In this document: in pieces, positions 10,501 to 19,607 of the stretch
How the letters are laid out: every line of letters starts with the position of its first letter
How positions within the stretch are numbered: the stretch's first letter is position 1
Source: Diplonema japonicum
Taxonomy: Eukaryota; Protista; Euglenozoa: Diplonemea
Direction: 5' to 3'
DNA: 64,000 bases
NCBI GenBank assembly: GCA_964019335.1
Contig: OZ025698.1
Coordinates: forward strand, 248,001 to 312,000
The notes under the pieces: model-generated
Database searches by the model: none
What the model saw: only the letters and a program-made list of their open reading frames with translations
Told to the model about the DNA's origin: nothing
Made by a program: the position numbers and the translations under genes

Positions 10501-13500
10501 TCGAGATCGTTAACATTGTGTGCACACTGATTTTCACAATTGAAATCGTTGTCAAGATGATCGGGCTGGGTGTGACCCTCACCTTCAGGGACCCTTACAA
10601 CCGCTTTGATGCATTCCTCGTAGTGGTCGGCGTGCCGCAGCTTATCATCAGCTTCGTCGGCTCCTCGACAGGCGGTGGCAACTTCCTGTCAATCTTCAAG
10701 ATGATGCGTGTGGCGAGAGTGCTCCGATTGGGCCGCAGATGGACACGCCTGAGAGAGACAATCCGTATTGTCCTCGAGAGTCTCACGGCGGTGGCCTACC
10801 TCTCGCTCCTTTTGCTTCTCATCCTCTTCATCTATAGCATCTTAGGGATGCAACTATTCGGTAAATCGGGGACTGAAGATAGGCTTAACTTCACGTCTTT
10901 GTGGAGGAGCCTGCTCACCGTGTTCGTAGTCGTGACGGGAGAGGGTTGGGTTAAGGTTCTCAAGAACACGATGAAGGCGGTGGGGTGGCCTGCTGCCTTC
11001 TACTTCGTGTCGTTGTTCATCATCGGGCGGTACATCATCCTCAACCTCTTCGTCGCCATCATTATAGAGAGGTTTCAGAACAAGCGGGAGGACGAGGAGC
11101 GTGTGCCGGACGACATGGATTGGGTCGAGAGCGACTCGGAGCACACGGTGTCACCACCTCCGCCGGAGTCCACTGTCGACGAGCCCACGACGCTGGACGG
11201 GAGGTCGCCTACAGAGTCGCGTGAGAAAGGTAGACGCGTGCGGTCAGTATTTGAACTGAAGCTGCAAGGAGGGACCGTGAACAGGACGAACAGCACTCCG
11301 ACAGTGCCGACCACCACGCACGACGGCACACACAGCAACGGGGGCACGCGCGTTACAATTGTCGAGCCATGCGACGAGCCCTATGATGGGCCTGTTAAGC
11401 TATCGCCTGAGTGGTTCGGGGACGTCACGTGCGGGTGCATCGAACACACGAACCCCATCAGAGTGCACCTCACACCCATTATCACAAGCCCCCTTTTTGA
11501 CAAGATCATCATCGCCATCATCGCCCTCAACCTGCTTGTGCTTGCCTTCGAGAACCCCTCCACCAAGGGCGACTTCGGCGATGCCTTCAACTGGATGGAC
11601 CTCGCGTTCACACTACTGTTCGTTCTGGAGATGGCAGCCAAACTCGCTGTGCTGGGCACGTGGAACACCAAGCACGCCTACCTGCGCGATCTGTGGAACG
11701 TGGTGGACTTTGTGGTGGTCTTGACCTCCGTGCTGGGGCAGTTCGTCCCGATATTCCGTGTGTTCAGATCTTTCAGGGTCTTCAGGCTTATCACTAGGAG
11801 CGAGAATGCCAAGGTGGTGCTGTATGCCACAGTGGGCGCCGTGCCGTCTGTTATGAACGGGCTGGTGGTGTCAGTCTTTGCCTTTGTGCTGTTTGCGATT
11901 CTTGGTGTGCAGCTGTTTAAAGGCGACATTGTTGTGTGCAGTGACTCTGTGGTGGCCCACCGTGCGCAGTGCAATGGGACCTTCGTCAACGATGCAGGGC
12001 ACGAGGAAAGGCGGGAGTGGAACTTCGACAGCGACTCGAACTTCAACAACGTGGGCGAAGCACTCTTCACACTGTTCAAGGTGTCCCTCTCCGAGTCATG
12101 GGTGGACATCATGTTCGCCGCCGTCGACTCCAACAACTACGACACAGGCCCCACCAAGGACAGCCGACCCGCCGCCGCTCTCTACTTCGTGTGCTTCTAC
12201 GTGATCGCAAACTTCCTCTGTTTGAACCTCATCATCTCGATCTTGATCAGCACCTTCTCTATTTACCACGAAGCGAGGTTTATCCAAAACCATGAGGAAG
12301 AGGAGAAGGACCTCTTCGGTGGTTGGGAGACGGACACGGCAAGGTTCGAAATGATGCGACACAGGCTGCTGACTGATGGGCAGAAACGGTGGGTGCGCTC
12401 GCAGCAACTGCTGGCGCGTGACATCCATTACACTGAGGTGCCGAAGAACAAGTTTCGAAGGCGGCTGCACAAGCTGGCCAGCTCGCCAGAGTTTGAATGG
12501 GTCGTTGCTGGGGTCATCGTAGCTAACTTGGTGCTCCTCGCGTCGCAGCACCGTGCCTCAGGGGGCACTTACAACACCATGTTCTCGGTCTGCAACAGAA
12601 TCTTCATTGGGCTGTACTGCTTGGAGTTCGTCATTAAGCTGCTAGCCTTCACGTGGAGCGGCTACTGGCAAGACGGGTGGAACCGCTTCGACTTCTTCGT
12701 GCTGTTTGTCTCGCTGATCGGCGCAGGTGTGGGCGAGAACCTCACGCTGTTCCGCGTCTTCCGTATTGGACGCGTCCTGCGGTTGTTCCACATGTCGAAG
12801 GGTTTGGCAAAGATGTTCACGGCACTGCTGTACGCCCTGCCGCCCCTCTTCAACATCGGACTCTTGCTTGTCTGTGTCTTCTTCGTGTTCGGGGTCATCG
12901 GTGTTGATGTTTTCGGGGAATTGGATCTGGAGCTCAACCCGTATCTGAATAGAAACATGAACTTCAGAAACCTCCCCGAGGCAAGCCTGTTACTATTCCA
13001 GGTATCGACAGGGGAGTTGTGGCTGAACGCGTTGAAGGGCTGCAGGGTGTCGGAACCATACTGCAAGGAAGGGGAGTGCGGGTCGGGTGGTGCGGTGCCG
13101 TACTTTGTGTTCTTCATGGTGGTGGTGTCCTTCTTGATGGTGAACCTGTTCGTGGCGGTGGTGCTGGAGGCGTTCCAAGACGCGGAACAAGTCCTCAACA
13201 ACGACTCGTTAATCTCCGCCTTCAACGAGTTCCGAAGGAAATGGTTGTCGCAAACCTACGAGCTGGACCACGACAACGACGAGATGGACGTCGACGAGTT
13301 CATTGAACTGATACGGGCAACCCCATCACCCCTGGGACCTGAGATCAACGGAGGCTTTTTGAGGCTTTTAAAAGACCTTAACATCCCAGTTGACACAAAC
13401 CTAAGGGTAGCATATCAGGACGTTGTCCACGCACTGGCGAGGAAGGTTTTCAGAATAACAAGAGAAGAAGCCTTCGAACTCGCGCACTTGTCGCATGTTC

Positions 13501-14003
13501 GTGTAACAGATGAGATGTTCACAGTAGCACACGTGTATTGTGTCCGAAAGATCGGGAGGTTGTGGAGGGAGCATGGGAGGAGGAGGCGTGATTCAAAAGG
13601 GCATCTTCCTGCTGCGCCGTTTGGGTCGATCACGTCTGGGCATGATGTGTGCGATCCTGTCACGAGGGAGCCGTCTCCTTTCCATGCTTTCACCGCGTTC
13701 AATGTCCAGCATGCTGGGGGGAAGGTTCCCTCGTTCAGGTCCATGAACGACCCTTTGGACTCATCCAATGCCAATTCTAAGAGGTTGTCTGTTTATGATT
13801 ACATACCGCACAAGAGGAGCGCGCGGAGTACTCCCAAAACTAGCAGGACACCTTCGGAGGCGAATATAACAGTTGGTGGGAAACACTGTCATGTGCCGAC
13901 GGCCTCGGATATTGAAAGCAGGCTCTCACGGTTTCTAGACGCCCCTACCCCCGTCCCCAGCCATGGCAGTCGCAGCCGATCTGGGACACTCACGCCTTGT
14001 TGA
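7581..14003 (+). CDS. Four-domain voltage-gated Ca2+/Na+ channel alpha-1 subunit, intronless
   Basis: Four 6-TM repeats with R-x-x S4 helices (IRLLRILRPLRTVSR; FKMMRVARVLRLGR; FRVFRSFRVFRLITR; FRVFRIGRVLRL). Pore loops SLDDW/TGEGW/LSESW/TGELW. C-terminal EF-hand-like region. Confidence 0.96.
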   Translation: MEDGEASEPTQQNDEGSEDVVIERRVLGLAARAAAVEALNSRFHEKPTTSCFCLSEDNTLRAKARDITEHPYFQRGILILIVVNSITLALDSPDLEGYDDLQAFLFSAELVFVSCFALEAILKIIALGFWGSKTAYARNVWNCLDFVIVLVGVTNVIMLIFEDGGSANISGIRLLRILRPLRTVSRVSGMRSIIATLALSLPMIADVFLLLLFLILVFAIAGIQLWSSTLHRRCYITEGELDPFDTTPCSTAATGRSCSSNATTCLSDPEVYKVEYINFDHMGTALLFVFRIVSLDDWPEDLWLVQDTYMHAVWIYFFILILTSSYFAVNLFLAVLSAIFTLHESEQSHISDTRLSAVVDLLRVNDELTIRPENDIDLSPKQLEDEGSLPPSPRRQSMAQGALFRQSAADLRRQSMAILAQGGVGGLPELPRGESVRSVHVLSAVPPQNTYSVIMRDQGALVLHAPRGVGRRQSMAPNALGAPPPPLPTLSQKSLLPVASRSSAQSKSSSLMAITNKEPVTPTPSRTRDYGVEVESVGSGSESDGKASLLSVGPDVCTPPMPPSENPLKNRRRSAEVMGAEACTASHVDVNWSQASDEHSGIMALQESSNSTDVMEMSSPFAETKILMIPPSPVRLASTQKDHCRKSSEFAFVKKLRKKCNSMPVSLTPRTLEVSRKQQQSRPVTSCPLDKGAFKRYPSSQPPVPSQPTVQERKMPQLMFSNPPEGTTATASHDGTGDGIDNMVSPRSASGMRRSVTWRRRRRTNSSVVVAGSLIPPQWEVAVDMSAFSDVDPVLVVQCKTTEDITRCRRICIKKGYGGFSLTGGLASFREETGEECGLGLTETPGTSFHVVTLWEERKHTDAFPENWVQEMEVEDDLEACVQECMHMGYGGFSVVDGVARFKEQRSEECREGLVHSANSTFYLIKKEGGWRIKVRALVMHPMFERVMLMVTILNVVALGADHHGIDSTGLLVIEIVNIVCTLIFTIEIVVKMIGLGVTLTFRDPYNRFDAFLVVVGVPQLIISFVGSSTGGGNFLSIFKMMRVARVLRLGRRWTRLRETIRIVLESLTAVAYLSLLLLLILFIYSILGMQLFGKSGTEDRLNFTSLWRSLLTVFVVVTGEGWVKVLKNTMKAVGWPAAFYFVSLFIIGRYIILNLFVAIIIERFQNKREDEERVPDDMDWVESDSEHTVSPPPPESTVDEPTTLDGRSPTESREKGRRVRSVFELKLQGGTVNRTNSTPTVPTTTHDGTHSNGGTRVTIVEPCDEPYDGPVKLSPEWFGDVTCGCIEHTNPIRVHLTPIITSPLFDKIIIAIIALNLLVLAFENPSTKGDFGDAFNWMDLAFTLLFVLEMAAKLAVLGTWNTKHAYLRDLWNVVDFVVVLTSVLGQFVPIFRVFRSFRVFRLITRSENAKVVLYATVGAVPSVMNGLVVSVFAFVLFAILGVQLFKGDIVVCSDSVVAHRAQCNGTFVNDAGHEERREWNFDSDSNFNNVGEALFTLFKVSLSESWVDIMFAAVDSNNYDTGPTKDSRPAAALYFVCFYVIANFLCLNLIISILISTFSIYHEARFIQNHEEEEKDLFGGWETDTARFEMMRHRLLTDGQKRWVRSQQLLARDIHYTEVPKNKFRRRLHKLASSPEFEWVVAGVIVANLVLLASQHRASGGTYNTMFSVCNRIFIGLYCLEFVIKLLAFTWSGYWQDGWNRFDFFVLFVSLIGAGVGENLTLFRVFRIGRVLRLFHMSKGLAKMFTALLYALPPLFNIGLLLVCVFFVFGVIGVDVFGELDLELNPYLNRNMNFRNLPEASLLLFQVSTGELWLNALKGCRVSEPYCKEGECGSGGAVPYFVFFMVVVSFLMVNLFVAVVLEAFQDAEQVLNNDSLISAFNEFRRKWLSQTYELDHDNDEMDVDEFIELIRATPSPLGPEINGGFLRLLKDLNIPVDTNLRVAYQDVVHALARKVFRITREEAFELAHLSHVRVTDEMFTVAHVYCVRKIGRLWREHGRRRRDSKGHLPAAPFGSITSGHDVCDPVTREPSPFHAFTAFNVQHAGGKVPSFRSMNDPLDSSNANSKRLSVYDYIPHKRSARSTPKTSRTPSEANITVGGKHCHVPTASDIESRLSRFLDAPTPVPSHGSRSRSGTLTPC

Positions 14004-14021
14004 TGATGACACTTCGTTGTG

Positions 14022-14052
<31 letters not shown>

Positions 14053-14270
14053 CTTCTCCTATGTTATGGTTCTTTTATTTTGATCCCCCCCACCTCCCCC
14101 ATCCAAAAAAATAATAATTTTTGGGAAAAAAAAAAAAAGAAGAAAAAAGAAAATAGGAGATATTTGAGCGAGAGGTAGATTTTTTTTTTCTTTTCAAAAA
14201 GAAGAAGTAAAAAAAAAGGGGGGGAAGAATGTGGTGTTATATATTTATATTTTTTTTTTGTTTCTTTTGT

Positions 14271-14543
14271 GGGCCAATTCACCTTAGTACCCGGATATCC
14301 CAGCTTGACACATTCCCTCTTGTTTGGCTATGACCCCGTGTGACACACTAGAGAAAACGGTGCCGAGGGGGGAAAGTTGTCTTTCTATCAGGGCAAATAA
14401 CCGCAACACCATTCAGCAGGCTTTCACATTAGGTTCCAGGAAAAAAAAGAAAAGAAAGTGGTGAGTGATGGGGTGTGGCGGAGACCTGTTTTTGCCCAGC
14501 GCCTCAGCGGCCTAGAGCCCCTAAAGATTTAAGTGAATTACCT
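14271..14543. mobile_element. Putative MITE, related to 33112-33345
   Basis: Imperfect terminal inverted repeats gggccaattcacctta...taagtgaattacct. Subterminal ctcagcggcctagagccccta resembles the reverse complement of the 33112 element's left end. Confidence 0.45.
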
Positions 14544-15242
14544 CGTTTTTTTTTTTTTTTTTTTTTTTCCCTTCCGTGCGTGTTGGTTTCTTCTGGTGCC
14601 TGGTGGGGGGGGGGGGGGGGGAGCTGCCCCACCCCCCTTTTTTTCCCCCTTGATTTGTGGGATAAAAAAAAACATAAAAAAAAATACACCCCACCCCTTT
14701 TAAACTCATATTGCTCCCCCCCTTTTTTTTCTCAATTTGTCGTGCAAAAACACACCTTTTTTTGTTTTGTTTTCTTTTTTTTCTCTCTCTATAGTATGAA
14801 ATGTTTTTTTTTTGTTCGTTTTATATTTATTATTATTTTAATCGGGAGAGAAAAAAGAAAAGAAAACAACAACAAAAAAAAAGTTCTCTCTTTCTTTTTT
14901 TCCCCTGTATGTCTCTCCAATAGTTCAGTGGTTGAGGGCTGTGTGTGTTTTTTTTTTCTCTTCTTTTTTCTCCTCCTTTTTCTTCCTCTTTTTTTGTTTT
15001 TTTTTATCTTCCTGCAAGAAGGGGCGAGAAAAAAAAATAATAAAATATTGCAGCGTAAGAGCGGTACAGACTGGTCACGCCCACGCTCCCCCTCCCCAAC
15101 CCCCGGCCTGTGGGAGGCCATTTGGAATAAGTGGAGCAATTTGAGACCTGTGGTTCCCCTTAGCAAAGCTGCCTTCCTTGGCTTTGAGGCACTTAAACTA
15201 GTTTAATAAAAGGCATCCCATATCAATTTGATCCCCTTCCCC

Positions 15243-15274
<32 letters not shown>

Positions 15275-15868
15275 GCGAAAGAATAATAAAAAAATACTGT
15301 ATGGCGGGTAGGGGACAGAAAAAAAAAGAAAAATCGATTACTGTTTCTTTTTCTGCGGTTTTTTTTTTTATACTCTCGAAAAGCGAAGGAAGGGAAAGAA
15401 GGGAAAAGAGGAGGGGGGGAAAAAGAAAAAGAAAAACCCCTCCACCTATGTTTCCCTGTGCCCACACAAACGTATGTCGTTTTCTTCTTTTCTTTTTTCT
15501 TTTTTTCTTCTCCCCCCTTCAAACAAGGAAAGAGAAAAAGGGAGAAAAAAAAAAGAGAAAGGAAGGAAAAAAAAAAAAAGCAGAAAAAGCAAAATTACCC
15601 CTCCCCTCCCGTCCTTTTCCTATTCCTCTCTGAGGGATCAGAACCTTTTTTTTTTTTAAAAAAAACTTTTATGTGTTTTTTTTTTTAAAACTCTATATTT
15701 CCCCCTCCCCTCCCCAACCTTTTTTTTTTTCTCTTCCATTTATATCCCTCATCCTCCGTCCCATTCTGTGTCCTTTTATTTGTCCTTTTATTACGCCTCA
15801 TAACTCTAATAATACCCGTTGTCAACTCATTTAGGGGAGAAAGAAGGGGGAAAAAAAAAGAAAAAAAA

Positions 15869-16003
15869 ATGGCCACCATAGAAGATCGAAAGCGCCACGA
15901 GGCGGCTTTGACAGCATTTGAAACAGACAAGCACCTCACATCTGAAGTTATGGACGTTATCCAATTTATTGGGGAAACAGGGTGCAATTGGTATAGGGAA
16001 GGG

Positions 16004-16041
<38 letters not shown>

Positions 16042-16534
16042 CCCTTGGAAAGATATCCAGCCAGTTATAAAGAGCAAGGTTTGCGAGGTCTTGGGGCAGG
16101 CCCCGACGGAGATGAGCGAAACTGAAAAAGAAGGCTTTGAGATGGATAAGGTACGAGTGGGGGGGGGGTGGACCACACCAAACACACAGGAATCGGCGCT
16201 AAAATCTATTCAAGAATTTCATGAATCCCCTTTCACGCTGCAACGCTTGTGTGAAGTTCTCACCGACAAGCCGACGCTTGAAGGCAGGAAGGGGAAGCTC
16301 ATGTGGGCGTTGTTGAAATTGCTTAATATCCGATCAACTCTCTCCGTGGACAAATTTTTATATGAACAGGTATAAAAAAAAAAAGAAAAAAAAAAACCAC
16401 AGCAACCCAAACAATCTGACTGTGTGTCAGTCCCGGCTGGTGTCCCTCTTGAGACAGACATACCCCTCCCTGACCCTGCTCCTGCTGTTGCCCCAACTCC
16501 CGAGACACCTGTGTCGGAAACTCCTGAAAATTAA
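15869..16534 (+). CDS. PPP4R2: Protein phosphatase 4 regulatory subunit 2; introns 15991-16038, 16151-16189, 16370-16402
   Basis: Spliced product reads IGETGCNCYPW...FHESPFTLQRLCEVLTD...KLMWALLKLLNIRST, matching the PPP4R2 PFTIQRLCELL motif. Confidence 0.82.
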
Positions 16535-17022
16535 AAAAAAAAAAAAAAAAAAGCAGGGGGAAAGAAAAAGAATAGTGTTGTCCCCCCTGTGGTTGTCCCC
16601 ATCGCAACCCGTTTTTACTCTGTCCCCCCCCCCCCCTCCTAGTTCAATTATTATACAAACAAAAGAAACGACTTAGCTAAAGGGCTCTTATGATGCATGG
16701 ATCATAAAAAAAAAGAGAAAAAAATGAAAAAGAGGGGGGGAAATAGTGGGGGGGGGGGGGGGGGGGAGGACCGGCTTAGATTTTAAATTCTCCTCTGCTA
16801 TGTATGACATAAGAGAAAAAAAAAGGAAGGAAACCTGATTCTCCCCCCTCCCTCCCCCTTTTCCCCCCCTTATCCCAGCCCCACCATCCATGTGTTTTTT
16901 TTTTAAAAAAATTTTTTTTTTCTCTTTATGCTTCGTGACAACCACAGCCAAACAACAACATTAGGAAGCAATGTTGGCGTAGAAAAGAAGTTGCTCAGAA
17001 ATCAATGATTTTTTTTTTTTTT

Positions 17023-17098
17023 GGGGACCAATGTTTCCAACCTCCCTGTGGTGGTTCCTGGTAATTGTGGTTTGGAGGAACACAAGCGAAAGGGAAAC
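17023..17098 (+). ncRNA. HDV-like self-cleaving ribozyme A (compact)
   Basis: P1 GGGGACC/GGTTCCT (G1.U wobble), P2 GTTTCC/GGAAAC, P3 ACC/GGT closing L3 TCCCTGT, P1.1 GG at 17060-61, P4 TTGTG/CACAA, J4/2 GCGAA with the catalytic-C equivalent at 17087. Confidence 0.85.
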
Positions 17099-17463
17099 TC
17101 TCGTTCTAAAGCCGTACACGTGGGGAAACCTGGGCGGGGGTGGAGAGCCCACCCTACGCGTGGCGCCAGTTAGCATCGCCCTCAACGGAGAGTCCCTTAT
17201 CCCATTACATCGAACAAGGAGGTGGCTTCACCAGGTCAGGCAAGTAGCCTCCCCGCGGCATCGTGCCAGTGAAGCAAGCCTCCCACAACTCTCCAGTTGG
17301 TGTTTAATTGCTTCTGTGGCTCCTCTCCCTATTTCAATTTCCAAGCTTTCTTTACCTCTCCACTTTTACTTTCTACGGGACCACAGGGGACTTGGGAGGC
17401 TTCGGGGCGAAGTTTCACAAGGGTGGCCGCTGTGTCACATACTGGCACCACTAAAATCGAGAC

Positions 17464-17466
<3 letters not shown>
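17023..17466 (+). mobile_element. Ribozyme-headed short non-coding element A (SINE/SIDER-like, putative)
   Basis: ~440 nt of homopolymer-free sequence starting exactly at the ribozyme G1, bounded by T-runs on both sides; no credible ORF. Confidence 0.55.
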
Positions 17467-17499
<33 letters not shown>

Positions 17500-17501
17500 C
17501 A

Positions 17502-17640
17502 GGTGGGACAAAACTAAATGTAGAACAGGCCCCTACGTGGCCAAAAGTATAGAATTGTTGCTGACCTCCTCGTGGTACCCACCGGGCAACGGATGAGTGG
17601 AAGTCCCTGCAGTATGCTCATCCGGCGAACTGGCAACAGT
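17502..17640 (+). ncRNA. HDV-like self-cleaving ribozyme B (long J1/2)
   Basis: P1 GGTGGG/CCCACC (7th pair A.A), ~45-nt J1/2, P2 ATTGTTGCTG with (C)TGGCAACAGT, P3 ACC/GGT, L3 TCCTCGT, GGGCAAC, P4 GGATGAGT/GCTCATCC, J4/2 GGCGAA (C at 17626). The core closely resembles HDV CCUCCUCG..GG...GGGCAAC...GGCGAA. Confidence 0.85.
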
Positions 17641-18024
17641 GGGCGTATGGAGCATGGTGAACAAGATATCCCGGCGTAACAAACCCCTTTGTTAATCGTG
17701 TCGATGCTTAGGGGGCTTGGATTCACCGCAACCGCGCTTTGAATTGGGCAGCAGGTCGGGCCGCGAAGCGACCCAGGTGTTGGCAACACCTCCCAAAGCG
17801 AGCTGGGGATGCATGCGCACTCTAGCTTACGGGCGTAAGATAAATGTCCCCCTCCCCGGTCGTGAGGCCTATGGGTGTGGCACGCCATGTCTGAAACGTT
17901 TAGCTCCCTTGAAGCTCACACCAGTGTGCGAGTTTAGCCCATTTTTTGGCACGTTGGCGATGGCTGTGGTGGTCGTTGCAAGAGCGCCTATAGGTAGTAT
18001 TGGACGATTCAGTTAACAGAATAG
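17502..18024 (+). mobile_element. Ribozyme-headed short non-coding element B (putative)
   Basis: ~520 nt starting at the ribozyme G1, between T-runs. The ribozyme shares sequence with the 45333/54065 elements. Confidence 0.55.
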
Positions 18025-18087
18025 TTTTTTTTTTAGAGGCAACTTCTTTGTTTTTTTTCTTTTTTTTTTTTAAAAAAAAAAAGGAAA

Positions 18088-19236
18088 ATGAGCATCACTG
18101 TGTTTGTTCGAACCCCCCTGGATGTCCATCCTGTGGAACTGACAGGAGACGAATCACTGCAATCAATGTACAAAAAATCAGCGAAAGCAGCAGGTGTGAG
18201 CAGTACCTTTCGGCTGTACTCCGAAGGTGCCGAGCTGCCGAATGACTCAGAAACACAGATTCAAAACAGCGGTCTAGTTCATGGGTGCGAAGTGCTGTTC
18301 GGAGAAGGCACCACTCTAAAGGTCCGTGTTGAAGACCTACCAACACAAAGAGAAGCTATCGAACACTGCTTATCGGAGCACCCCAACCTTCTTGTTGAAG
18401 TGGACGCATCGGGGGCCACCCGAGGCGTACTGTGCATGTCTCATGTTTTTACAAATCTGACTACCGTGCGGAACCTCAAGGTGGTGGACCCCTTGGGGGC
18501 CGTGACTTCGATTGCCGACTTCAAGCCTTGTGCCAACTGGACCTATCATTACAACACAGATACGGTCATAGGGAAGCCTCTCATTATCTCTTTCGACCTT
18601 CCAAGGGTTACCAGAATAGGTTGCGGTTTCCTGTCATCCACACACACTCCCACGTCAACCTCCCCTTTCGAAGTAAAGGTGGTTTCGGCAGACCTCTCGG
18701 GTCTCCCTAATGTGAGGCACATAGGGGATGACTGCTTTGTTGCGTCATACTCTTTGACCTCTGTTGTTCTTCCCTCGTCCCTGCATCATATCGGTCATGA
18801 GTTCCTTGCATTTTGCTGGTCTTTGAAGACGGTCGACCTTGCCCCTCTTCGGGGTGTGCAGTCCATAGGTGACGGGTTCCTTTCTAAAAGTGGGATCACC
18901 ACCGTGGACTTGGGTTTTATGACAAGTGTCACCAGCATCGGGGATGCCTTTCTTGCAAACACGCGCTTGTCCAGCATCGACCTCTCCCCACTGGGTAGTG
19001 TGGAGTCCATTGGAGATGAGTTTCTTTACGGGGCGCGCCTCACCTCCCTAGATGTGTCGCCGCTAGTGCGGGTGAAGTCCATCGGGTCTCTCTTTTTAGC
19101 GGAGTGCAAGCTTCTAAAAGCGATCGATCTGGCGCCTCTGAAAGGTGTCAAGTGTGGTTCAGGTTTGCTTGATGATTCCGGGGTCCCTGATAGTGCTGGT
19201 AGGGTTCCAAGTGCAGGGTGCTGCTGTGTTGCGTAG
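18088..19236 (+). CDS. Ubiquitin-like N-terminus + BspA-type leucine-rich repeat protein with C-terminal CCCVA (CaaX-like) motif
   Basis: MSITVFVRT...FRLYSEGAEL...IQNSGL Ubl-like segment; repeats of LxxVxSIGDxFLxxxxLxxIDL; ends GCCCVA. Confidence 0.85.
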   Translation: MSITVFVRTPLDVHPVELTGDESLQSMYKKSAKAAGVSSTFRLYSEGAELPNDSETQIQNSGLVHGCEVLFGEGTTLKVRVEDLPTQREAIEHCLSEHPNLLVEVDASGATRGVLCMSHVFTNLTTVRNLKVVDPLGAVTSIADFKPCANWTYHYNTDTVIGKPLIISFDLPRVTRIGCGFLSSTHTPTSTSPFEVKVVSADLSGLPNVRHIGDDCFVASYSLTSVVLPSSLHHIGHEFLAFCWSLKTVDLAPLRGVQSIGDGFLSKSGITTVDLGFMTSVTSIGDAFLANTRLSSIDLSPLGSVESIGDEFLYGARLTSLDVSPLVRVKSIGSLFLAECKLLKAIDLAPLKGVKCGSGLLDDSGVPDSAGRVPSAGCCCVA

Positions 19237-19607
19237 TCAGGAACACAGTGAGGTTTGCGGCTCCAACACAATACGCTATGAGACTTCCGTCTGAAGAAAG
19301 AAGTCCCCCCCCCCAAAAAAAAACTTTTTCTCAACGTGGAAAAACCTTTGACGTTTTAACCCCCTTTGTCCTCTCTTACACCCAACCAGCCACTTCACTT
19401 GGTTCCATCACGACAAGTCCAGCGACGTTCTAGCCTATGGACATGTCTCCCAGGCTTGGTTTTTTTTTTTTTTTTTTTTTTTTCCCGGGAGACTTCGGGA
19501 TTTTCGAAGGTTTTTTTTTCCCCTCTTTATCCCCCTCCCCCCTGATCACGTTAAGGGTATATATATAAAAAAAAGAAGGGGGTGAGGGGAAAAGAAAAAA
19601 AAAAAGA

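Noticed and set aside
15040-15125. Minus-strand gcctcccacaggc, a P3/L3-like motif
   Set aside because: No P1 or P2 partner strands.
17247-17262. gcctccccgcggc, a P3/L3-like motif inside element A
   Set aside because: No matching P1, P1.1 or J4/2 found.
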